The notes beneath the pieces were generated by a model, which saw only the letters and a program-made list of their open reading frames with translations, was not told where the DNA came from and did not search any database. A program made the translations under genes and the position numbers. A stretch of DNA of 64,000 nt, taken from assembly GCA_035583355.1 (NCBI GenBank), contig DATEZQ010000001.1:10566-74565 (forward strand), given 5' to 3'. Shown here one piece after another: positions 28,401 to 36,288 of this stretch; position 1 is the first letter of the stretch, and each line of letters starts with the position of its first letter. The stretch is from Minisyncoccota bacterium (GTDB lineage Bacteria; Patescibacteriota; Minisyncoccia; Phycocordibacterales; UBA6899).

Positions 28401-29867
28401 TCAATCAGCGGGAACAACAATGGTTTGTCCTTCGCTAAGACCATTCATGACTTCGATGGATTCTCCATCAGAGATACCGGTTTCTATTGGGTGTTCCACT
28501 TGCTTGCCATTCTCTATAGTGAACACAAAGCTTTTTCCTTCTTTGCTTATTACTGCAAGAAGTGGGATTTTGAGTACACTATCTTTTGTAGAGACGAATA
28601 TTGAGAGGTCAGCACTCATTCCCGAGCGCAATGGGAGCGCATTTGGCTCGATAAAGACATTAGTGCGATAATATTTGTCACCATCCTTCACTATCTCCTT
28701 TGGCTCGATGGAGAATACTTTTCCGTTTACTGTCGTGTTGGGGAATGCGTCGAATCTGATAAGCACAGTATTTCCGACTGCCTCATTAATCTTTACAATC
28801 TCAAGCTCAGAGATATCCGATTGAATCTTAAAGCTTGTGGTTCCTAATGTGATTGCAGTTACCTCAGGGAGCGCGAGTTCGCTTTTTTCAAGCCAAACTT
28901 TCGTAATTCTTGTGTCCATTGGTGCATATAGTGTCGACTTACGTATCTTCTCTTCTGTGATTGCTATCTGCGAACGATAGCTATTGATCTCCGCTTCGGC
29001 CTGGAGTACTTTCGCGCTCGCTATGGAGGTTTCTCCCTCCTCGGTTGCGAGTTCAGCACGTGCATCTTCAATTGCTTGGCTTTGTTCTTTTAGGGCTTGT
29101 TGATAGGCATTCTGATCATTCGAGTATGCAGCACTCTTTGTGTTTGGTATGTTCAGAATCCACGTTTTATCGACGTAATTTGAGAGGTCCTCTGGGAAAT
29201 CGACAAAGAGCCCTAGTGTTCCAAGTGGGGTAGGGCCAGTTTTGCTGATGAGTATAGGCCCGACTTTTTCAAGTCCAAAGACATGGAGGACGTAGTCCTT
29301 GATGGCGATGTTCTTTTGAGAAGTGGTGAATCTGTAGATTCCTTGTTCTCCTGCATAACGTCCTGTGATGCGAGGAGGAGTGATGTTGTAATTGATCTCA
29401 CTTGGTTCAGCGGTGAGATTATTTGAGAGCAGAGTACTGTATGCATTGTGCACAAGAGTCTCTTGTTTTTCAACGACCGTCGAAAGTCTTGATTCTGTAT
29501 TTCCTGCCTCTGCTTTTCTGATGGATAGATTTGCCTCTGCTTGTTTTTCATCATTGCGGAGCTTTCGGAGCTCGAGCTCAAGATCTTTTGTTTCAAGTTT
29601 CATTAGTGGCTCACCCTGCTTCACTTGCTGTCCTTCTTTGACGAAGATCTTTTCGACGATACCAGAAGCAGGGAAGTGAAGGTCAAAGTCTTTTTCAGTG
29701 ACGATATCTCCGCGCGCACGGACAGTTTCATTGACAGTACCGCGCGTTGCGGTGAAGTAGAGTAGCGGTGGAGTTTCCGATTTGAAATACTTCCCGTAGA
29801 TCCAGAAAGAGACTAGGGAAATTCCGATAAGAGAAATGATAAAGACGATAAAGGAAGTGCGTCTCAT
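28401..29867 (-). CDS. HlyD-family membrane fusion protein (efflux adaptor)
   Basis: N-terminal TM, biotinyl/lipoyl-like hairpin, long coiled coil and beta-barrel. First gene of the MFP-ABC-permease operon. Confidence 0.8.
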   Translation of the reverse strand: MRRTSFIVFIISLIGISLVSFWIYGKYFKSETPPLLYFTATRGTVNETVRARGDIVTEKDFDLHFPASGIVEKIFVKEGQQVKQGEPLMKLETKDLELELRKLRNDEKQAEANLSIRKAEAGNTESRLSTVVEKQETLVHNAYSTLLSNNLTAEPSEINYNITPPRITGRYAGEQGIYRFTTSQKNIAIKDYVLHVFGLEKVGPILISKTGPTPLGTLGLFVDFPEDLSNYVDKTWILNIPNTKSAAYSNDQNAYQQALKEQSQAIEDARAELATEEGETSIASAKVLQAEAEINSYRSQIAITEEKIRKSTLYAPMDTRITKVWLEKSELALPEVTAITLGTTSFKIQSDISELEIVKINEAVGNTVLIRFDAFPNTTVNGKVFSIEPKEIVKDGDKYYRTNVFIEPNALPLRSGMSADLSIFVSTKDSVLKIPLLAVISKEGKSFVFTIENGKQVEHPIETGISDGESIEVMNGLSEGQTIVVPAD

Positions 29868-29920
29868 ACACTATAGTATAGCATAGGTGGAGAAGGATAG
29901 TGGGAGAGGGGGATTCAAGG

Positions 29921-30217
29921 AAGATGCTAGAGAGTGATACGCAGAGATATCTCACGAGCTTTGCTCGCGCACCCTAAAGGGGCCCGCACGGCCAGGCTCC
30001 TCGATTTCATTACATGAACGGTACACCTTTTGGACCTTTTGTATCGAAGACTCACAAAAGTCCTCAAAAGGTCTTGCTCTCTCGCTCCCATAAGAATGGG
30101 ACCCATGAGCAAGAGCTCACCCACGGTTCTCGACGGAACCTCTTCGAGGTTCCTGCTTTCCTCCACGGGAGAGGTGTCCCTCTCCCGACCCCTTCTCCGT
30201 TCGATTCTCTGTAGGGA
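29921..30217. ncRNA. candidate structured RNA/repeat element R1, paired with R2 at 52722-52884; strand not determinable
   Basis: Aligns to the reverse complement of 52722-52884 with conserved blocks and compensatory changes: GGAACCTC-TTCG-GAGGTTCC here vs GGAG-cctacaaga-CTCC there. Other shared helices are cgggagagg-tgtc-cctctcccg and the GCTTTGC helix, here carrying a ~170-nt insertion. The termini CAGAGA...TCTCTGTAGGGA copy the T-stem and acceptor of the adjacent tRNA-Glu. Confidence 0.4.
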
Positions 30218-30269
30218 TTCACAAAATAGAAAAACCTCCCAAGCTTTGCTTGAGAGGTTTTTCATTTTG
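30218..30269. terminator. bidirectional terminator at the centre of a ~45-bp-arm inverted repeat that includes the tRNA-Glu 3' end
   Basis: aaaaacctcccaagc-tttg-cttgagaggttttt. The arms extend outward to gttcgattctctgtaggg on both sides. Confidence 0.65.
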
Positions 30270-30341
30270 TGACCCTACAGAGAATCGAACTCTGATTTAA
30301 GGCTTGAGAAGCCTCCGTCCTAACCGTTAGACGATAGGGCC
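30270..30341 (-). tRNA. tRNA-Glu (anticodon CUC)
   Basis: Manual cloverleaf of GGCCCTATCGTCTAACGGTTAGGACGGAGGCTTCTCAAGCCTTAAATCAGAGTTCGATTCTCTGTAGGGTCA. 7-bp acceptor, D and T arms, anticodon loop TTCTCAA. CCA is not encoded. Confidence 0.8.
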
Positions 30342-30614
30342 AGTCGCTGCGCGAACCAGGCTGGCCATTTTGCTAGAGGAATCGGCCACCGCCGATACAT
30401 TTCCTCGCGCCTTTCTCGCAAAACCTCGTAAGGCTGTCGCAATAGGGCCAATGACATTTCTGAGTTCTTGCTAGTCTGTTTCCTTTCTCACAGAGCCCCG
30501 AAGGGCTTTGCAATAAGGGTTACGGGCAACCACAATTCAGCAGAAAAGTGATCAGCTCGTTCGAATATCATAGCAGATTATTCAAGTTTGTAAAGTGCTA
30601 AAAGGGGTGTAGTA

Positions 30615-31235
30615 TTGGGAGATATGGAGAACAGCATGGATCAAACGACTGCAACCTATAAAGAGCATTTTCGTAAGTTTATTGAGGGTACGCGGGGGCT
30701 TGATGTGCCTAACGCAGATATAAAGAAATGGATTGATTCCTTTTTACATCATATTCAGAAGGGTGGCACCATAATCGAAATGGGTTCAGCGTTTGGACGC
30801 GATGCGGATTATATGAAGTCGCATGGGTACAAAGTAGTCTGTACAGATATTGCAGAGCCCGCACTCGAGAAATTACTGACCAAGGGTTACGAGACGCATA
30901 TGTATGATGTACGTGATGCAGTTCCCGAGGAATGGCGTAGGCGTTTCGATGGTTACTTTGCAAACGCGGTCCTGCTGCATCTTACTGATGATGCTTTTCG
31001 GGATGCGCTCACGAATGCATACGATATGCTGAAGCACGGCGGTGTTGCTGCTTTCTCTCTTAAGATCGGCATGGGCGATGAAGTGACTTCGAGGAAGATG
31101 GATGCACCGCGCTATTTCCGCTACTACTATAAGCCGGAAGTGGAGGCAATCATCGGCGAGCTTCCATTCGATATTATCTCTATCGAATATACCGCTGATG
31201 AGAAATGGATCGTTGCGATCTTGCGTAAGCGCTAA
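30615..31235 (+). CDS. class I SAM-dependent methyltransferase
   Basis: Motif I-like IIEMGSAFGRDA and post-I acidic residue. 206 aa. Confidence 0.65.
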   Translation: MGDMENSMDQTTATYKEHFRKFIEGTRGLDVPNADIKKWIDSFLHHIQKGGTIIEMGSAFGRDADYMKSHGYKVVCTDIAEPALEKLLTKGYETHMYDVRDAVPEEWRRRFDGYFANAVLLHLTDDAFRDALTNAYDMLKHGGVAAFSLKIGMGDEVTSRKMDAPRYFRYYYKPEVEAIIGELPFDIISIEYTADEKWIVAILRKR

Positions 31236-31270
31236 CTCGACGGTCTTTTGCTTTATGTTATGCTCTCTGT

Positions 31271-31552
31271 GTGAGCAAGGGGAATAAATATATCTTTGTG
31301 CCCGATGAGATTCTTGATCTGCATGGTCTTACAGGCAGAGAAGCAGCCGAGGAGGTTGCCGATTTGCGTTCTCGCTATGAACGTGGCACACACCTACGCA
31401 TCATTATCGGAAAAGGGACGCATAGCCGCGATTACCCGGTGATTCCGCATGTGGTACGTAATGCGCTAATGTCTCAGAACATTCCATGGAATTACGCAAA
31501 ACAGCGAGACGGAGGGGAGGGCGCGATAGACTGTGTCATCAAGTATAAATAA
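31271..31552 (+). CDS. Smr-domain protein
   Basis: LDLHGLTGREA...IIIGKGTHS matches the Smr (small MutS-related) signature. Probable GTG start. Confidence 0.6.
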   Translation: MSKGNKYIFVPDEILDLHGLTGREAAEEVADLRSRYERGTHLRIIIGKGTHSRDYPVIPHVVRNALMSQNIPWNYAKQRDGGEGAIDCVIKYK

Positions 31553-31580
31553 AAAGACGCAATGTGTCTTTTTATTTTTA
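31553..31580. terminator. bidirectional terminator
   Basis: aaaagacgcaatgtgtcttttt. Confidence 0.7.
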
Positions 31581-31934
31581 ATGTGAACTTAAATTCTGCT
31601 GACTTAAGCCAAGGAATATCATCGTTCCTGCATGGATGCCGGCGAGGATAATAATGCCGAGGATGATATAAGTAGCGAACATGAGTTTCTTTGATACGAG
31701 TGGGTGAGGACCCTTTACGCCATTTACTGTATGCACGATGAGCAGATAGGTGAATATCAGGTAAATTCCATAGCCAACGAAGCTGTACACAAATGCACGC
31801 ATATCATTCTGTCCAAAGAGAGGTGCAACCATGATCGGAAGTGCGATCTCAATCCACACGAAGAATACTGGAGCTAGGAAGAGAAGGTTTTTATGTGCGC
31901 TAAGCCCCAACTTGTGTGTATGTGATTCAGACAT
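31578..31934 (-). CDS. small integral membrane protein (hypothetical)
   Basis: Three predicted TM helices. No family recognised. Confidence 0.4.
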   Translation of the reverse strand: MSESHTHKLGLSAHKNLLFLAPVFFVWIEIALPIMVAPLFGQNDMRAFVYSFVGYGIYLIFTYLLIVHTVNGVKGPHPLVSKKLMFATYIILGIIILAGIHAGTMIFLGLSQQNLSSH

Positions 31935-31944
31935 ACATTAAGTA

Positions 31945-31981
31945 TACCAGAAAAACAACCACACAATGTGTGGTTGTTTTC
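31945..31981 (-). terminator. terminator after pyk
   Basis: aaaacaaccacacaatgtgtggttgtttt. Confidence 0.65.
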
Positions 31982-33409
31982 TTAGACGGTCTGTATAATT
32001 GTAAGATTCGTTCCGCCTATGGTTCCGAATGGAACACCGACGCAGAGCACGAATTTATCACCTTTCTTTGCAATCTTCTGCTCGAGCAGTGTCTTGCGAG
32101 CGACGAGGATGGCGGTCTCAACCGAGTTCACTTTCTCTTCGTGAACGACCGGTGAGGTGCCGAAAGAAATAGCGAGCTGGCGCGCAACCTCTGCAAAAGG
32201 CGTAATTGCAATAAGTGGAAGGTGTGGCTTGTGGCGAGCGAGCATGCGTGCAGTGAAGCCCGACTGTGTAAGTGCGACAATTGCCTCTGCTCCAACCTGG
32301 TGCGCTGCATGTGTTGCGTGGAGTGTAACTGCATCGACTGCAGAAGGGAGCTCTTGTGCGCGACGATCTTCCATCGCCTCAACGAAGAATTCACTTTCTT
32401 CTGCACGCTTTGCAATCGTTGCCATTGTATGGACGACATTTACGGGGTCATTACCAACAGCAGACTCTTGTGAGAGCATGACTGCATCGGTTCCATCGAA
32501 GACGGCATTCGCAACATCTGCGACTTCTGCGCGTGTTGGTACTGGTGCGTCCGTCATGGAGTCGAGCATCTGTGTTGCGGTGATAACGGGCTTTCCTGCA
32601 GCACGACACATACGGATGATCATCTTCTGGAGCAGAGGCACATCTTCCTTTGGTACCTCGACTGCGAGATCACCGCGAGCAACCATGATGCCATCAGCAA
32701 CAGCGAGAATGCTTGCGATGTTGTCGATTGCAGCCTGTGTTTCGATTTTTGCAAAAATAAGTGCATTACTCTTTGCCTTCTTCATCATCGCGCGAAGGTT
32801 CGTTATATCCTTTGCAGTCTGGACGAATGAAAGTGCGACGATGTCGACATTCTTTGTAACCCCGAATGCGAAGTCTTTCTTGTCCTTTGGTGTGATAGCA
32901 CCGATCGAGAGCATAGCCCCAGGAACATTTACTCCTCGGCGTGAGCGAATATTTCCTCCGGCAATGACCTTTGTATGGATGTCTTCGCCAGTAACTGAAA
33001 GTACCTGGAGGATATACTTTCCATCCTCGAGCATGATCTGCATACCCGCCTTCACCTCCTTAGGTAGCATGGCGTAGTTCACTGAGACCTCCTTCACAGA
33101 GCCTTCTACCTTACGTGTAGTGATGGTGAACTTCGCGCCGTTTTTGAGCTCGATACTTCCTGAAGGGAAGTCACCAATACGGATCTTTGGTCCGCAAAGG
33201 TCTTGAAGGATTGCAATTGGTTGACCTAACATTGCCGATGCTTTGCGTGCGTTGTCGATACGCTCGCCATGCTCTGCATGATCACCGTGAGAGAAATTGA
33301 TGCGCGCGACATTCATGCCGTTCTTGATCATTTCTGCAATCACGAGTGGGTCATTGGATGCAGGTCCTAATGTTGCTACAATTTTGGTTTGCTTTTGGAG
33401 TACTTTCAT
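31982..33409 (-). CDS. pyk: pyruvate kinase
   Basis: MKVLQKQTKIVATLGPAS...NFSHGDH and a full-length PK fold. I chose the start at the internal ATG. Confidence 0.9.
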   Translation of the reverse strand: MKVLQKQTKIVATLGPASNDPLVIAEMIKNGMNVARINFSHGDHAEHGERIDNARKASAMLGQPIAILQDLCGPKIRIGDFPSGSIELKNGAKFTITTRKVEGSVKEVSVNYAMLPKEVKAGMQIMLEDGKYILQVLSVTGEDIHTKVIAGGNIRSRRGVNVPGAMLSIGAITPKDKKDFAFGVTKNVDIVALSFVQTAKDITNLRAMMKKAKSNALIFAKIETQAAIDNIASILAVADGIMVARGDLAVEVPKEDVPLLQKMIIRMCRAAGKPVITATQMLDSMTDAPVPTRAEVADVANAVFDGTDAVMLSQESAVGNDPVNVVHTMATIAKRAEESEFFVEAMEDRRAQELPSAVDAVTLHATHAAHQVGAEAIVALTQSGFTARMLARHKPHLPLIAITPFAEVARQLAISFGTSPVVHEEKVNSVETAILVARKTLLEQKIAKKGDKFVLCVGVPFGTIGGTNLTIIQTV

Positions 33410-33544
33410 TTGAATAGTATTAGGAATAGAGCAGTCAGTGTACCACAAAATATGCATTTAGGAAAGATGAATTGTGAAATCTACACTATAAAAGGTGCAA
33501 GTTTTGTGTCTTTTCCTTTTCACTTTTCGTGTTATCATCAGCAC

Positions 33545-34009
33545 ATGATAGGTATCGCACTGACGAATGAGCAACTCGCGACGCTCTTAAAGATGGTATA
33601 TGTCGCAAATACGGTTGCGAATGGGCCTTTTGGGGATCGTGTTTCTCGTAAGGATTTTGATGACATGGAACAGTATGTATTCTCTCGCGCGAAGGATGTT
33701 TTTCCAATGGCAGTGTATCAACACAAGGCAGATGAAGGGGATGAGCATCATCACCCTTCAGTCATCTTCGAAAGTGATCCTGATGTGAATGCTCTCTTCG
33801 ATCAATATGAGGAATATGTCGCACGTATGGTAATGGCAGAAAAGCTCGCGGAGCGTGATGTGGAGCGCGAATTTGGTGCGCATGCGAAGGACCAGATGAA
33901 TGCGGCCCAATTTGAGGAGCTCGTAGCGGAGCGTTCAACTGAATACGAAGAACTCCTTGAGGAGCATGGTTTGAAGATTCTGGACATGCCACCGCAGTTC
34001 AAAAAATAA
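33545..34009 (+). CDS. hypothetical acidic protein
   Basis: The ORF begins at MIGIALTNEQ. No family recognised. Confidence 0.4.
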   Translation: MIGIALTNEQLATLLKMVYVANTVANGPFGDRVSRKDFDDMEQYVFSRAKDVFPMAVYQHKADEGDEHHHPSVIFESDPDVNALFDQYEEYVARMVMAEKLAERDVEREFGAHAKDQMNAAQFEELVAERSTEYEELLEEHGLKILDMPPQFKK

Positions 34010-34010
34010 C

Positions 34011-34583
34011 ATGGTTATTTTCCTTGATTGTGATTGGACCATTTTCGATGCGCAACGCTTTATTGACTACATGAATGCGCATGAAAATGATATTACTGCT
34101 CTTTTGGAGAAAGATCCTCAGGCGCCACTCGCCTCATGGCTTTATGCTGATGTTGTTGATTTTTGCATTGCAGCACGGGGGAAGGGGTACAAGATAGTCA
34201 TTCTTTCAATGGCGAGGAATATTGAGGGGCAGATCGCAAAAATTCGAGCGACGGGCATTGCGGCATATGTTGACGACATTGTTGTAGTACCCGGGGAGAA
34301 AAGTACTGCTGCGGGGGATTGGCTAAAGGAACACAATGAGCGACCCAATGGTCACTACTTTATTGACGATGCACCGCTTTTCCTTAACGATATGAAGCGT
34401 ACGCACCCAGGCATCTGGTGTATTCGCATGGAGCGCACTGCGCTACTTCCGTCCCAAGAATCCATCGCCGCCGTCGATCTCTCTGATCGAACCATAACGA
34501 GCCTCGATGAGCTAAGGGGAATCTTGGGACTAGAAGTCTACGAGGAAGAAACTGCAGAGCATCAAAGTCCTCCGCTTGCGTAG
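34011..34583 (+). CDS. HAD-superfamily hydrolase-like protein
   Basis: N-terminal DCDWT (DxDxT motif I) and a Rossmannoid pattern. Confidence 0.5.
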   Translation: MVIFLDCDWTIFDAQRFIDYMNAHENDITALLEKDPQAPLASWLYADVVDFCIAARGKGYKIVILSMARNIEGQIAKIRATGIAAYVDDIVVVPGEKSTAAGDWLKEHNERPNGHYFIDDAPLFLNDMKRTHPGIWCIRMERTALLPSQESIAAVDLSDRTITSLDELRGILGLEVYEEETAEHQSPPLA

Positions 34584-34706
34584 CAAGCTGTCACGCGCTA
34601 CACATAAATTTAGGTTGATATAATCCACCTCGTTTACATTACCCATAGTGGGGGCGACGGAATTCTCTCCGTCGCCAACTAACGCCGTGAGGCGGACTTG
34701 TGGTTG

Positions 34707-34766
34707 CTTTTCACTACTTTAAAAATACCCAAGCTTTGCTTGGGTATTTTTAAAGTAGTGAAAAGC
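34707..34766. repeat. 60-nt perfect hairpin (28-bp stem, TTTG loop) inside a hairpin-rich ~350-nt intergenic region
   Basis: cttttcactactttaaaaatacccaagc-tttg-cttgggtatttttaaagtagtgaaaag. Further stems at ~34780-34800, 34828-34852 and 34903-34927. Confidence 0.9.
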
Positions 34767-34993
34767 CCGTGCTTGCGGACACGGACTTCTCGGTAAGCCG
34801 TCAAGCATTAAGCGCGCATCGTTTCATAAGGACCGTGAAGAACCTTATGGCGTATGTGTGCTCGCAGCCACGAGCGGTCTATGCTTATAATATAGCATAT
34901 TTTAAAGAAAAGTGGAGTGCCTGAGCACTCCACTGTGGATAACTGATTTAGTCAACTTTTAGGGCCAAAAACTTTCCGTCTCATCTCATGGCG

Positions 34994-35437
34994 CTACACG
35001 TGCCGTTTGCGACCCAGTCCTTGAGCCTTGCGTAGCTCGCGAAAGTGCTTGCACGCACGGTTGTAGGCGGTCGTCATGATGCGTCCATCGACCTCGACTT
35101 CCTTCGGTTTCGGAGTCTCTCCGACCCAGCGCACATTCTGAAGAACGGTACGATGACCCTTCGGCATGAAGGCCACCTCGGTATTCTTGTTGATGGTGAA
35201 GATGATGCCGAGCGGATGTGCACGTACGAGCTGGATAGGGTCGCGGAGTCTCTGCTGTTCGATCCGCATGTGACTGAGCGCAGAACCGACTTTGCTTTTG
35301 AGTTCATGCTCGTCGATGCCCACAGGGACCTCGAGCTCTTTGATCACCAGTGCGAACGCCTCGTGAAAGCCGAACTGATGGAGGAGCGCACTGGTTCCGT
35401 CCACATACTTCTTGAGCACTTCTTCGGTGATGGGCAT
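34994..35437 (-). CDS. hypothetical protein (147 aa), second gene of a two-gene module
   Basis: Coding-like composition. No family recognised. Basic C-terminus. Confidence 0.45.
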   Translation of the reverse strand: MPITEEVLKKYVDGTSALLHQFGFHEAFALVIKELEVPVGIDEHELKSKVGSALSHMRIEQQRLRDPIQLVRAHPLGIIFTINKNTEVAFMPKGHRTVLQNVRWVGETPKPKEVEVDGRIMTTAYNRACKHFRELRKAQGLGRKRHV

Positions 35438-35446
35438 GTGCCCTCC

Positions 35447-35638
35447 TTATTGATCAGGTGAAGGTTGCTTGCGCATCGGAATGCGAGAGCGTACGAGAGA
35501 GAGCAGGGAAGCCCGCTGCTGAGTACTGAGCCAATAGTCTGCGATTGCTACTTCAAATGCTTCTTCGAACGAAACACTATTTGCGCGCATGTTCGCACTT
35601 ACCAGTAACACAATCTCAGAAATGAATAATTCATCCAT
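35447..35638 (-). CDS. small hypothetical protein (63 aa) upstream partner
   Basis: Lies 9 nt upstream of the 147-aa gene on the same strand. Confidence 0.35.
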   Translation of the reverse strand: MDELFISEIVLLVSANMRANSVSFEEAFEVAIADYWLSTQQRASLLSLVRSRIPMRKQPSPDQ

Positions 35639-35754
35639 TGATGCCTCTTTGATTTTCCGACATATTTATAACATAAAATATGAACTTTAGCAAGTGCAGT
35701 ATGTGTTTTCTAAGCATTAGACTTTGTGTGTAATTGACCTATAATGCAATTATC

Positions 35755-36210
35755 ATGTCCATACAAGCAAATGTAAAAGAGGAGATTAAGAATGCGATGC
35801 GAGCAAAGGATCAAACGCGCCTTCTTGTTCTTCGTGGTATGTCTACCGCATTTACCAATGAGCTCGTTAGTCAGCGCAAGACGCCACAAGACGAGCTTGA
35901 TGATGCTGCTGCACTTAATGTTATAAAGCGTCTCGCGAAGCAGCGTAAGGATTCTATTGATCAATTCACTAAGGGTGGGCGCAGTGATCTTGCAGAGCAT
36001 GAGCAGGCGGAGCTTGCAATCATTGAGACATTCCTCCCAAAGATGCTTACACGTGATGAGATCAGGCCTGTTGCAGTTGCTAAGATCGCTGAGCTTGGTG
36101 TCTCGGATAAGTCTGGCCTGGGTAAACTCACTGGTGCTGTCATGAAGGAGCTTGGTGCAAACGTTGACGGAAATGACGTTCGTGCAGTACTCGACGAATT
36201 GCTTTCGTAG
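35755..36210 (+). CDS. GatB/YqeY-domain protein
   Basis: KEEIKNAMRAKDQTRLLVLR...TGAVMKELGANVDG matches the YqeY family. Confidence 0.75.
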   Translation: MSIQANVKEEIKNAMRAKDQTRLLVLRGMSTAFTNELVSQRKTPQDELDDAAALNVIKRLAKQRKDSIDQFTKGGRSDLAEHEQAELAIIETFLPKMLTRDEIRPVAVAKIAELGVSDKSGLGKLTGAVMKELGANVDGNDVRAVLDELLS

Positions 36211-36288
36211 TTGTATTTCAAAAAAGCGCGTTGTGCGCTTTTTGCTTTTCTGCTTATCCACTTGTCTGAATAGGCTAATGGGGTACCA

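Noticed and set aside
30014-30214. 66-aa ORF inside element R1, and 180-aa ORF 52373-52915 spanning both tRNA-Gln copies
   Set aside because: Their apparent protein similarity (PAFLHGRGVPLPTP...) is a by-product of nucleotide conservation of a structured element. The second ORF runs antisense through a tRNA gene.
29921-30217. Identification of the paired elements as RNase P RNA, tmRNA, SRP RNA or a T-loop-inserted tRNA
   Set aside because: There is no P4 AGGAAAGUCCGGGCUCC. There is no tmRNA tag reading frame or CCA-proximal T-arm, and two copies are present. The resemblance to the SRP GGAAGCAGC block is too partial. No 5' tRNA body precedes the elements. The sequence remains unclassified.
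32157-33077. 306-aa plus-strand ORF inside pyruvate kinase; also 39867-40466 and 3506-4162 inside the P-type ATPase and fba
   Set aside because: These are antisense shadow ORFs within strongly supported genes. They are Ser/Ala/Arg-rich with no motifs.
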